NCBI GenBank assembly: GCA_028534125.1
Contig: CM052816.1
Span: forward strand, 1,860,001 to 1,924,000
Direction of reading: 5' to 3'
From: Lama glama
Lineage: Eukaryota
Length of the DNA: 64,000 bases
Shown here: positions 12,208 through 24,367 of the stretch, in pieces
Numbering within the stretch: the stretch's first letter is position 1
How the letters are laid out: each line of letters opens with the position of its first letter
Notes under the pieces: model-generated
What the model saw: the letters and a program-made list of their open reading frames with translations, nothing else
Told to the model about the DNA's origin: nothing
The model's database searches: none
Position numbers and translations under genes: made by a program

Positions 12208-15200
12208 TAAATAAACAACCAAATAAAGACAAAATCATCGTGAAAACTTTGCTGTGTCCTATGATCTAATGTTTGCTCCACTGTAAGACCAGAGGCTCAT
12301 TCGGCAACCAAACACATTCCTCTTTCATATGATGTAATGTTAACAAGAGTTACCATCTACTGATTCATCTTCTATGCAAAATGTGGCTTGATCCTGGTAA
12401 CTGCTCTGAGGCAGGTACCATGAGCAGGGCCTTCTTCCTCAGATGAGGACACTGAGGCTCGGAGAGTTGAAGTAACTCACCCAGGATCATCCAGCTAATA
12501 GATGAGAGGCCATAACCCAACCCTGCTCAGCTCCAGGGGGATCTGTTTGCTGCACTGCTTCCTGCTTCACTTGGAGATGATGCCCTTCCTGTTTGCTGAG
12601 TTGCTCTGGCCTCCCAAATCCTACAGAGTGCTCACAGTGCCCAAGTCTTACGATTCTACCTCCCAGGGCTTAAAGGAACATCTTTCACCTAGTGAAAAAT
12701 AATAAATAAATAAAATTAAGTTTCTGTCTATTTGGTTGTTTCATAGTCAAGTGACATGACTGACCGATCATCACCACGTGGGAAGAGTGAGTTCAGGCCA
12801 GCCCGACTTGGCCGTGGTCAACCATTCTCACACTGCATTGTGTGCTGCCCTCAAGAAGGTAAACACATTTAATAACCTTTGTACTGTTTGATTTTTTTAA
12901 GCCAGGAGCTTAAGTTATTTTTTTAAGTACCATCAAACATAAATAAAGATAGATAAATAGATAGGATTTTTCAACCCCCAAATTGGAGAGAAAATGACAG
13001 GGCAAGAGACCAGGGTCAGTAGATACCTTTCAGAGCAGATTTCCAGAGCAAGATATACTAAAAGCCTAGATGAAGATAAATTCCGATGAACAGAGAAATG
13101 AACGTAGCCTCAAACGTGCGTTCCAAATCAATAGTCACGGCAGAAGATGCCCACAACCACAGGTCCTGATTTCTGGTCAAGTGACTTGTGGTTTAGAGAG
13201 TTCTATGTGCTCAAGGATGAGCAGCCGCAGAAGGGTGCTTTATGAAATGGGGGTTTAACAATTCACCCTGCAAACGCAGGTGTGGCCAGTTGGTATGTAT
13301 TAACTGTCCTTCGGTTTGAGTTGATGTAGAAAGGGACCATCAGACAGGAGATGGTCGGGCTTTGCCCTAAATGCTGATCCTCCCCACCTTTGTCCCACTT
13401 TGCCTGGTTCTACCTGTCTCTGCTAACAGCAAGACCGGACCAAGTGTTCCCACACCTTTCCAGCACAAGCCCTTAAACGCCTCAACAATTCTACAGCCCA
13501 GGACACACCCACTTCCTTCCGGTTGTCCACACACCCATTCCTTTCACTGGGATTAAAATTGCATTTAGAGAGGAAGAGAAAAAGATTTCCATATGCAAAT
13601 TGAAAAACCAATTTCAGGGTGGGGTACTTGGCTTCCGCTGCAGTCAGTCCAGTAGAGCAGGCCAAAGATGCCCACTCAGACGATGAATTTCAGCCCTGAC
13701 TATATCCGACACTTGCTGCCTTCGCAGCACGGGCCCAGGGTAGAAATGTGATCAGAGTCACTGCTAAAGGGGAGGAGGCTGGTGAAGACATCTCAGTCTC
13801 TTTAAAAATGAAGCTGACTTTACGGATCTTTTACAAAGCACTAAAACAAAAAACAGGCATTTGAAGGACACTTGAAATAATTGAATGGGATTATTCCAGG
13901 CAATCTTCTGCCTCTAGGAAACACCATACTAAGACAGGCGCCTCCCCATCACCGCTAATAAAGCATAGCACTTCACAGCGACTTGGCAACTTTCATCCCA
14001 GGAGAAGGTTATACTCCAGGAGCACATTCAGTTAAGTTTGACATAGGGATCACGATTTAACTCGGGACTGTCTGGTTGTAGAACCACTTAATATTCTGCC
14101 TTTTTTGTATGTTTCATTCATTTCTTTTTTCATTGACTTTTTTTTTTTTGATAGGAAAGCAAGACAAGTTCATTGCAGACAAACTGGAATATTTAGGACA
14201 TCACAAAGAAGACGAAAATCACCTACAATTGTACCACTTAGATATATATTGTTACATTTTTGGCTATCAAACCTTCCAGCCTTTTTATTTTGTGCAAGAG
14301 CACACATTTGTGAGATGGCAGGTAGAGATTACTGCCAATGCCTTTAAACCACAGGTGTCCCTTCAAAAGCAACTGACCATTTGGGGAAGAAGTGTTGGTC
14401 CTCGTAAGCCACACAGTTGCCATATTCGCTCGGTTGGCAGCACTAACCACTTGGGCTCACTAGGAGACACATTTGACTCTTGACGGCCTGCTCATTTCCA
14501 CCTGATTGGCGTATCTGCCCCCGTGGGAACTTGCCCCTTTCCACAGCCCAGGGGCAAAGCTGATGCGGCTAACATTTTCCCTGTAAGCCCATCCTGCGTC
14601 TCAGTGATTGGCTCTAGGGGACCAAGGAGATGAGAAGAAGGCCAGGGGTGCTCATGGAACAAATTCTTTGCTCCTAAGAGAGACACAAGAGAAGATGGTC
14701 CTTCATTATCCCGGAGGTTGTCCTGTGTGGATTAACGCCTGGAATTGCAGAGCCATTTTAGGAGCCTGTGAGAAAGCTGGCTGGGGAACAAGACCCCAAG
14801 CACCCTAACTGATCCAGATAGAAAATTCCAGATGATCTGTAGGAAGACATAGGCAGCCACCAGACACAAAACAGACTATCACAAGGAAAGAGCAATTTGT
14901 GGAAGCATATGTATAGTATGATCCCATTTAGATAGCTAGGAGGTAGCCAGATGAACGATAGATAGATAGATAGAAATTCATTTTTAAAAAGTTGAGAGTA
15001 GACCCTGAAGGAATATACACCAAAGTATTGGCACTGGTGAGGGACCTCTGGGAGCCACGTAATTCAGGGTTTTAACTTTTTATTCTATCTTTACTTAGTA
15101 TTCTTTGAAGTTTTTACAATAGCATGCATGCATGTATTGCTTATGTAATTTTTTTAAACATTTCAATTTTAAAGAGTATACATGGCTTCCCCTTTTTTTT

Positions 15201-15581
15201 TTTTGGAAACTTGTACTAGAAGTTCAGAGCCTTCTTCTGAGGAAAAGAAAAAAGGTTTTGTGGTCAAAAAATTCTTCAAGTTATTTTCACTTTCTAGGGG
15301 CATCCTGTCCAGGTCACAGCTCAGCACGCCCGCTATTTGTCAGCAGAACTTCCTTTCCCAGAGGAAACACCACAGGGAGATCGTGAGCTTTGGTTCGGTT
15401 TGCCTGGGGTCACAGTCTGAACGGTGCAGTGGGACATGGGGATAACCCTCTTCTGTGCAATCAGGACACGGGCATCTGGCTGACACCACCAGCGTGCTGG
15501 CCGGCTTTGTGGGGTGTCCGGAGATGACTAAGGCGTGGGATGTATCTCCAGTCAGTAGCGCACAGGGGTTGTGTAGTAGGC

Positions 15582-15710
15582 CTCAAAGTGCAAGCCACAG
15601 TCCCCACATCAGAATCACCTGCAAGCTTGTTAAAATGAAAATCCCTGAGCCCCACTGCAGACCTACTGAATCACCATCTCTGAGGGTGGGGCCAAAAACC
15701 TGAATTTTTT
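15582..15710. mobile_element. MER5-like DNA transposon fragment
   Basis: CATCAGAATCACCTG...CTTGTTAAAATG...CAGACCTACTGAATCA...GGGTGGGGCC. Confidence 0.7.
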
Positions 15711-16429
15711 TCTTATCTGCAGACAAAGTATGAGAACGACTTTTCTCTGTGGGTGAAGTGGTCTCAACGAAATAGGCAGTCGGTCCTCTAGGGCAGAGGG
15801 AGGGCAAGTACAGTTGTTTTTTTTTTTTTCTCATCTTGGTTTCGGAGCCAAATCAATGGCCCAGCTGGAGCCATGGGGTTTCACAGCATGAAGACGATCA
15901 GGACCCCTTGAAGTATTGCTTTACACAACTAGCATACTATTTTTATTTAGATTTTGTTTCAGATCAATTTTTTTTTAATTTTGAAGATGCTTCTATGAAC
16001 ACATTGAAAAAATGTCTTATTTTATCTATGTGTATGTGGGGGATCTGTAACTGTAAATTAGTGAAACTATGGCATGTCAAATTCATTTTAAGTTTTCTTT
16101 TCAGAACCTTTGATGATTTGTTGGGGGAAATGAATGCATTTTTACAGAAAGAACCCCCTCAACGTTATGCATATTTTAATATATATGTAATACGTGTGCA
16201 TATCAAGTGACAAAACTGTCAAGGCCCCCTCCCCATCACTGCCTAGTTATATTACTCAAGGATGCCCATTGTAAAAAATGCATGCGCACTTACACACACA
16301 CGTATCATACAACTAACATACAATGCAACCTACTTTGTTCAAATAACTGTATACCTGAGCTATACGACGTTTTGCTCTGTTGGTTAACAAGAACTTCCCG
16401 TCCACTTTAAACCTAGAGGACAGAGGAGA

Positions 16430-16810
16430 CGGCAGGAGGCCTTCTGAGCTGGAGGGAGCGTCTCCGCCCAAGCCAGAGCACAAGGTCGGATAAGCAGTGG
16501 GACTGCCGGCTAAGCCGGCCCCGCCCTCCCACGGAGAGAGGGAGGAAGTGTGTGGCTGGGAAGCTCCGCCGCTCTCGCCCGGGTTTCCCGTTTTCCCCGG
16601 CTGAGACTGCGAGGAAAGTCGGTGCGGAAATCCGCGCCCACCTTAAGCCCGGCCGGCCCCAGGAACTTCCCTCGCGGCTGGGACCGGGAGCCGGGATGGA
16701 GATGTCACCCGGGGGTGCGCGCCCGCGCTCGGGGCGCCTCGTGGGGACCGCCTCGCAGCAGCGCCCTCTGTCGGCGGCGTACGTATTTGCGCACAGCCCG
16801 CGTCTTTCTG
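16430..16810. promoter_or_regulatory. CpG island about 1.1 kb upstream of IL12B
   Basis: Abrupt GC- and CpG-dense segment in AT-rich flanks, with a GC box (CCCCGCCC) and PU.1/ETS, NF-kB and CTCF-like motifs. Confidence 0.8.
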
Positions 16811-17570
16811 CCTGTAGTATTTGGTGTAGGTGTTGGAGTTTATTATGTTCCTTCTCTGTGCAGACGGGGAATGGGGGTATCTAGCACCGGTGTACACCTT
16901 GGCACCTCTCTTAGCAGTGTTAAGTTCTGCTGGAAATTTCGACATAGTGCTTCTAGCTCTGTGCATCTGTGTAGAGCAACTAGGGCCATAGATTTGTGTG
17001 CAAAAGAGTGTGAAGATACAGTCTGGGTGCCCAAAGGGGTGTGCCCTGAGTGTGCCATCAGTTGTCCGTATGCCTGACTGCATACTTCACTTTTTGCTCC
17101 CACCCATCCTATGACCGTAAACAGTATCCCTGCATATTTGAGTATTATTAGTAATATACACATGTTTAATACTTACCGTCTTCGCAGGGCTGTGTCTGTA
17201 AGAATGTGCACGGGTGTGTATGTGTGTGTGGTGGGTACATGGAGCACAATGGGTGGTAATGGTGTGTTTCTGAAATCCAGCTGTTAGAGGAATAATGAGG
17301 GGAGGGTGCTTGGGACATACTGAACCTTTTGTCCTTCATCTCATCCTCTTTGACTTCAGGAAAACCATAGATATTGCTTTAGGGCTCCCTCGCATACAGT
17401 TGCTTGATCCTGACCTGAAGTCAGCCTCTCCTGCATGACCTGTCCTTGGCTTTCCTTCTTCTCTGGTCTATGGAGCCCAGGGAGGCTGCCTGTTACTGTC
17501 TCTAAACTCTTTGGCAATGATGTCAACCCAAAGAAGTGAACATCCTATCTCCTTCCTTTTTCCCCACCCA

Positions 17571-17786
17571 AAAGTCATTTCCTCTTAGTTCACTACCTGG
17601 GATTTTGATGCCTGTGTTCCCTCTGCGTTATTGATACACACGGGGGGGGGGGGGCGGGAGAAAAAAAGGAACTTCTTGAAATTCCCCCAGAAGGTTTTGA
17701 GAGATGTTTTCAGTGTTGCAACTTGGAACAAATCAGTTTCTAGTTTAAGTTTCCATCAGAAAGCTTGGTAGGAGAAGGGTATATAA
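17571..17786 (+). promoter_or_regulatory. IL12B: IL12B proximal promoter
   Basis: Ets element AAAGTCATTTCCTCT (17571-17585), NF-kB site TTGAAATTCCCCC (17676-17688), C/EBP TGTTGCAA (17714-17721), ISRE/NFAT-like TCAGTTTCTAGTTTAAGTTTCC (17733-17754) and TATATAA (17780-17786), in the order described for human and mouse p40 promoters. Confidence 0.9.
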
Positions 17787-17790
17787 GCTC

Positions 17791-17814
17791 CAGCAGCAGC
17801 AGCAGCAGCAGCAG
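17791..17814 (+). repeat. (CAG)8 microsatellite between the TATA box and the IL12B start site
   Basis: Eight perfect CAG units. Confidence 0.95.
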
Positions 17815-17869
17815 TAGAAGAGACAGCAGCTTGACAGCCAGCGAGCCCTACAGCCTGCCCGGAAGCAAG
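17810..17869 (+). other. IL12B: IL12B exon 1 (non-coding; start approximate)
   Basis: Lies about 25-30 nt after TATATAA (17780-17786) and ends ...GGAAGCAAG|GTAAG (donor GT at 17870). This matches the known IL12B layout of a short untranslated exon 1 ending AGCAAG. Confidence 0.85.
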
Positions 17870-20849
17870 GTAAGCGCCCCCCAGCCCTTGCCACCCCTTC
17901 CACAGGCCCTCAGGCTGTCCAGGGTAGACACCATCGGGGCGCTACCCCTGTCCCGGGCATCGTGGAGGGGGTTGACTGCCTAAAGCATTCCTGCTGACTG
18001 ATCTGCTGGGACACTAGTGAAAAGTCAGTGCTTTGGGGACTAATGTGTAAAGTATTATTTCTAAAAGTCAACTAATTGTAATGGTATACTAAGGGCTGTG
18101 AACAAATGCACATTTTATAGAAAGGTTTGTTCTGTCTTGTTTTAAAGTGGTGTGTATATAAAAGTGTGTTCCTCTGTATTAATAATCATCAGTTAAAGGA
18201 TTGTGTAGAGTTAAAGTGAGTGGTGCTTCCCTTATTATTGTAAATGCTTTAAAAGCCCTTCATTCAGGAAGTAATAATGAATTTAGTAAATAATTGAATT
18301 CATACTCATGCCTCATCATTAGATGTTACAAGCATCCTTGGTCCTGTATTTGTGGTGGGCTTCATAGTTGTGACAGTCAGCTAGATTGATAGTTGGGTTA
18401 CCCAGATCTTTTGCATTAACTACCTTTGGATTAATTAATCGCTTAAACAATGGGAAGCAGCTCCAATATTAAAAACCACTTTCTGAAGTTTTAAAATCTG
18501 TGAGAAGGGAAAAGAAAGATAATCTTTACTGGTGTCTTATAATTTCCCAGGTAAACTGTGTGAAACAATTTTCAGGTTAGAAAAATCATGATCAGGTTAA
18601 AATATCATTTTGACAGAGATGACTAAACCTCAGCTGATGACCCGTTTTTTTTCAAATAAGGGATTTAAAGATTTTAGAAAGAATTCAGGCAGGCTCTTAA
18701 GAGTTTAATTTACTGGGATTTGAAGTCTTACGACTTCTGTCTGTTTATTCGTTCTTCTAATAGCTAATGAAATCCCTCTAGGCTAGATTCTCTCTGCTAG
18801 ACTCTGGGGACATAGTGTGGAATAAGACAGATGTGCTCGCTGCCATGGGAGAAAAAGACAAACATGAAAGGGGTAGCTGTAAGACTGCAATTGTAGTAAG
18901 CGCTATGAAAGGACGAGTGGGGCTCTGAGAGGAAACAGCCGGGAGTCGTGACTTCATCTGGGCACCGTGCTGGATACTTCGTGTGAATTATTTCATTAAC
19001 TCTTCACCACAACGGGGTGCCCATTTTACACTTTAAGAGTGTGAGGCTTAAAGAGGTCGAGTGACTTGCCCAGCGTCACACAACTCACAGAGCTGGGATG
19101 CCAACACAAGTCTGTGTATCTCTAGCACTGGGACCTTTTGCCTGTGCCACCCACAACTTCTGGGACCATGTCTTTTTATTTTTAAATAGTCATTCTCTTT
19201 TCTAATTAAAAAGTAACAAAATAACACTTGAAAAAGAGATGCCCAGCCTAGCATCCTTGGCATGCCCATGTTGGCACCAGCGTTGGGGAGCCTTAACACG
19301 GGACCTGGAGTCCCTGCGTCCCTTATCCAAGGGTTTCAAGAGTTTAGAAAACCTATGAATTACATTTTTAAATGTTTAATCCTTAAAACTCTCAAACTCA
19401 GCATGCCAAGAAAATGTGGGCTGTGGGATCCAACCCGACAACACTTTGAGATGGGTGTTATGTCCATTTTACAGCTGAGGAGACTAAGGCTCAGAGAGTA
19501 ATGTGACCAAATTGTATGACCAGTGAGTCATGGAACCACAGTTCAAGCCTGTAGTACCAGCTGCTCTAGAGAACAACAGGGTAACTGCATGCTGTGGTTT
19601 CCCCTGGGTGTGATTAAGAAAGTGACCCGCCCCCATCTCCACCTTCTGCTAGTGTCTTGTCTTTAAGATACATCTCTGAAAATGGGAGATGTTTCTTAGA
19701 ACCATCACCAGGGCTCCCTTGACCCTGAAGTGCAATTCACCTGAAATTCTCAAACACAGCTGAGGCCCTGAGAGGAAGTACTAGGCACTTAGCCAGAGGG
19801 AAAAACCCAGTGTTAAGAGAGCAGAGCGGAATCACCAGGAGGTGCCAGGAATCTCTGTTGTTTCCATTCCCAGAGTGCCAACACCTGGGTTTTGTAGGCC
19901 TGTATAATTGCAGTACCTCTATGGGCATTTCCCTGTGGCCAGGCACGACATTTTTGTCTATCCATTGTATATAGCACAGAGAGATGTCACATTTTTCCTT
20001 TATGTCTTCCCCTAGGTACAAGCTAACATGTTTCTTTGGCTTCCATGATATGTCATCTCACTGCATTCTCCCAACAAGCCTTTGAGACGGGTATTATGCC
20101 CATCTTATAGATGAGGAGACTGAGGCTCAGAGAGTAATCTGGCCAACATCACACCACTAGCGAGTGGTGGAACCAGAATTCAAGCCCATGCTGCTTGACA
20201 CCAAATGTACTGACTGGTGCTCTGTGGCAACTAGAACTTCGCTACAGTCTTAACTTGGATTAAACTGATAGATGTGCCCCTGAAATTTCCCTGCTGCAGT
20301 GACAAGAGCACTGACAGTGGACAGGGAAGCCTGACTTCTAATCCTGACTCCACCACTCACAACCTTCATAATCTAAGGGAATAAAGGACATGACAAAGTT
20401 CCCCTAGGATTAGCAGCAGTCTGACAAAGCCAGGATTTGTCAATATTCAGTCACCCAACCAAGGGGTGCTCAATTTTAATGTATCTGGCCAAAAACTTTG
20501 AGTCTTGTTCTTCATTTAGCCCAGTGGTTTCTGAAACCACGTTCCTACACAACTGGTGCCCTTCGAGATGGATGGAGGTGTTACAGACTGAAAATCATAC
20601 TCATCTCCACCTAATTCACAGGTGGGGTATAATTTTCGGTCTGAAGATTTTCATGCACCCTAGATACTAACGTAGACTGAGTTTCACTCTGTAAAATGCT
20701 GGGTGGTTTAGCACAGAATTACGCATTTCATTCGTTCATGGTAGTTCTATCGGTTTTTTTATGTTCTTCTCCCAAAGAACAGACTTAGCACGCTGAGATT
20801 TCTCTTGATTTTTCAGAGGCTCTGGACCCAGATCATGGATTAAGCTAAT

Positions 20850-21023
20850 GGATCTCAAAGAGTGGTCCTCAGGCCAGCAATAGTAGCATCTCGTGGAAAG
20901 TCGTAGGAATGCAGATTCTCAGGCTCCACCCCCAGACCGGATGAATCAGACATTCTAGGGTCGGGGAGGGGGCAAGGGGCCAGCAGTCTGTTTTAGCAAA
21001 GCTACCAGTTTGAGAACCACTGG
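20850..21023. mobile_element. MER5A-like DNA transposon (IL12B intron 1)
   Basis: TCTCAAAGAGTGGTCC...AATGCAGATTCTCAGGCTCCACCCCAGACC...AGTTTGAGAACCACTG. Confidence 0.75.
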
Positions 21024-21730
21024 CTACACTATGTGGGAGGAACTGACGTTTAGTTTGGAGCGGTTGCAATTTAAACACGGAGAAAAAGCAAATCTTTCCA
21101 ACGAGGGCTGGACTCATTGCCAGAACTTGAAAGATCATCTTGGTGGTACCCTTCCCCACCAACCCAAGTCTTTGCGTGCTGAGTGTCACTGCACATCCTG
21201 CCTCGTAGCTTCTCTCCCCAGCTGGGGTGGGGGGTATTGAACACACTGACTTAAGAAATATTTGCTGAATGAAAGTATTTGCTCTTAGAAGTCAAGAGCC
21301 AGGTAAAAATCCATTTTCACTCTCAACTGCTCTAGCTCAGTGCCCTTTATGTAGGAAGTACCAAGTAAATAAAGACTGAACGTCGACCCAGACAAGGCAC
21401 ATTGCGTCCCTGAGCTGTAGGTGTCTCATCTTAAAAATAAGAGGATTGTATCCCACGGCTGGCCTTGGGTCTCTGAGCTCCAGATAGTCTGCGGTTCTCT
21501 ATTTGGAGATGTTCTTACCCACAGACTGGCACAGGGCTCCTGGGATTCACTGAGTATTAACCTGACAGTGTAAAGAAGATAGAAGAGGATAAAGATGGAA
21601 GACAATATACATAGAATGTGAATACGGCTTCCAAAGGTGACTGCCTGACAATTGACTTTCTCTCTTCTCTTATCCCTCCTCTTCTGTCTCTCTTCCTCCA
21701 TCTCCTCCTCTGTCTCTCCCCCTCCTTCAG

Positions 21731-21818
21731 ATGCACCCTCAGCAGCTGGTTGTCTCCTGGTTTTCCCTGGTTCTGCTGGCATCTCCCATCATGGCCATTT
21801 GGGAACTGGAAAAAAATG
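21731..21818 (+). CDS. IL12B: IL12B exon 2, signal peptide [29 protein letters not shown]
   Basis: Polypyrimidine tract, then CAG|ATG; 88 nt; donor G|GTAAGT; translation is the p40 N-terminus. Confidence 0.97.
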
Positions 21819-21864
21819 GTAAGTAGCTTTTCCTGGTACAATTACTGTCTTTAATTGTATAATA

Positions 21865-22025
21865 ATAGTTAATATTTATTGCACTCAGCACCTCATTTAA
21901 TTCTCACAACAACCATATGAGATAGGGACTGTGTGTAGCCCATTTTATAGACGTTAAAAATAGAGGCCACCAGAGATTAAGTAACTTGCCCAGTTTCACA
22001 TACCTGCTAAGGGCGGAACGGGAAC
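21865..22025 (-). mobile_element. MIR SINE just 3' of IL12B exon 2
   Basis: CTCATTTAATTCTCACAACAACC...CCCATTTTATAGA...AGATTAAGTAACTTGCCCA. Confidence 0.7.
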
Positions 22026-22251
22026 TTGATCCCAATTCTGTCTCGCTTAGGTGCTTGTGAATTTAAGTATTTGAGGAAGGTTTTACAAGAAGGACATGAA
22101 GCAACTGTAGCCTTTGTCCTTGGAGCGCTGAGCAAGAGGAAATAGGCATATATTTTAAATGAAGGCACTTCAGCTGATGATCAGAAACAGCAGTGAGGAA
22201 AATACAACACTAAACTGGGTACCTGAAAGAAACTTTGGACTAGTCCTCCAT

Positions 22252-22450
22252 TCTTTTTATTTTTAATGATCAACTAATTTTTTATTGAATTATAGTCAGT
22301 TTACAATGTTGTGTCAATTTCCAGCGTAGAGCACAATTTTTCAGTTATACACGAACATATGTATATTCATTGTCGCATTCCTTTTTGCTGTGAGCTACCA
22401 CGAGATCTTGTATATATTTCCCTGTGCTGTACAGTATAATCTTGTTTATT
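22252..22450 (-). mobile_element. Young L1 3' end in IL12B intron 2
   Basis: T-rich tail, then TTTACAATGTTGTGTCAATTTCCAGCGTAGAGCAC; same family as the copies at 12108, 37364 and 53321. Confidence 0.8.
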
Positions 22451-24367
22451 TTAACAATTTCGGGAAGGTAACAGTCCAACAATCCCCACTCTGCCCCAGA
22501 AGGATTTGAGAGTGCTAGCCCCTCCCCTGAATAAAGACAAGGGCCTGAGCCAGGTGATTATCCCGGGTGCCTTCCAACCCTGGGATTTTTCGTGAGCTCA
22601 GGAGTCCTGGCCCTTGCATAGCCCACCCTTAGTTACTTCTGATTTGGTAAACCACAGAAATTCCAGAAAGTCAATGTGAGAAACGCTCAGGGACTTGCGA
22701 CTTTGGAGACCAGATGAGATGCCGCCAAGCAGTGGGTTCTAGACATGCCTCATCAGGCTTCCTCCTGCAGCTGCCCTTGGGCCAGGGTCTTGAACTTTGA
22801 GTCTTAGCTGTGACAGGAATACACTTGTGCTGTTCGGTCGCCAGTGGGACAGAGAAAAACGAGAGGCAGCCCAAGGTGCCACGTGGCTTTATGTCCGCTC
22901 AGCTGTTTCTTCAGATGCTTTTTACCCCTTATGTCTGCTACCCATTCAGTAGTTATAAATCTCTTTGGTGTCGGGGGAGAACTGTGTATTCCGCAAGGCT
23001 TTGCGTTTGGATGCCAATCACAAGAGCCCCCAGGTCTAGAGCATTAAGGGCGCTGGGTCAAGCCCTTAGGTGAATTAGCTTGTGCAATCCACATCTCCAC
23101 CTTCTGGAACAAGCATTAATATGTTGCTTATTATAAAGATGATGACACTGGAGCTTAGAGTAATTACCCAAGGCCACAGGCTAGTGCAACAGATAAAATT
23201 GAATCTAAACCCAGACCTGTGTGACTCCAAAACCCAGGCTCTTAACCACTATGGCTCTCGGACTTGAGTGGGTTTCAAAACCATCTGAGGAAGTGAAAAA
23301 CAGATCACTGGGCCTATCGCAGAGTTCCTGATTCAGCAACTGAGGTTTTGCATTTCTAGTCCCAGGTAATGCTGGGTGGGGGATCCTGCTTTAAGAACCA
23401 CTGCATTAAACAATTCTATTTAATCAATAATTGATGCATGAATGAATGAGTGAAGCTTTGGTGTGACATACTCTTTGAAATACTGTATTAGGCCATTCCT
23501 CAAGTGCCAGTTTAGATACTTGGATTAAAAATCCAACGCAAAGCTGCAGAGACCAAAGTTCTGAGATACGGCTCTTGTGTTTCTAATTTGATGTAACCTT
23601 GCTTAGCCTCTTGGTCTCTGTACCCTCCTCTATGAAATGGGGAGACTAAGATCTCCTGAGCTGCCCCAGAAGAGTATAAAATAGCTTTTAAAAACACAGA
23701 ATGAACGTCTCCATTGGTGAGTTTCATGCAGCAAGAACTAAATCCTTAAATCCTCATGGAAAATTCTCTGCGCAGTTTTCTAACCTTTGGTCTGTCAAGA
23801 ACAATAACAAAGAACTCAGAGTTTGCTGTGGTGGGCCCTCTGCTAAGTGTTTTACATGCTTTTTTTCATTCAGTCCTCACAGCCAAACCTGTGACGTAGG
23901 TACTATTATTATGGTCACTTTACAGATGAGGAAACTGAGGCTCATGATGATTTAGTATCTTGCTTCCAGCTATCCGGCCACCTGGTAGGGACAGGACCTC
24001 AGTCCTGGTCAGTCTTTCTCGACACTTACTCCCTATGAAAGTGAACTGTGCTCAAAGTCTCTTTATCTCTACCAAGCCTTTGGCAAATACTCTTGTGCTG
24101 TTTGCATTTTTTTGGTGTATCAAGGCCTTCCTCATCTGCCAGCTAACCAGAGGTTAATTATTACAGGCAGCCTGCTGGTTGATGGTAGCTGTTAAACGCT
24201 GCTTCTCTCTTCTATAACCTTGAACCCCAGTTGGGGCCCAATACCCTGAGACCATCTCCATAAGCATTTGCTATTATGAGCCGTGCAAATGCGCAGGTGG
24301 TTCAAAAAATACAGTCCCAGAGTTCATGGAGCTTATAGTCTGGTTCTCCAATCCCTGTGTTCTCCAG

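Noticed and set aside
70..16400. Many 60-125 aa ORFs upstream of IL12B
   Set aside because: No recognisable homology, many overlap MIR/L2/L1 relics, and they form no coherent splice structure; consistent with random ORFs.
16550..17163. Overlapping ORFs of 106-175 aa on both strands
   Set aside because: Stop-poor frames are expected in a CpG island; no recognisable domain or exon structure.
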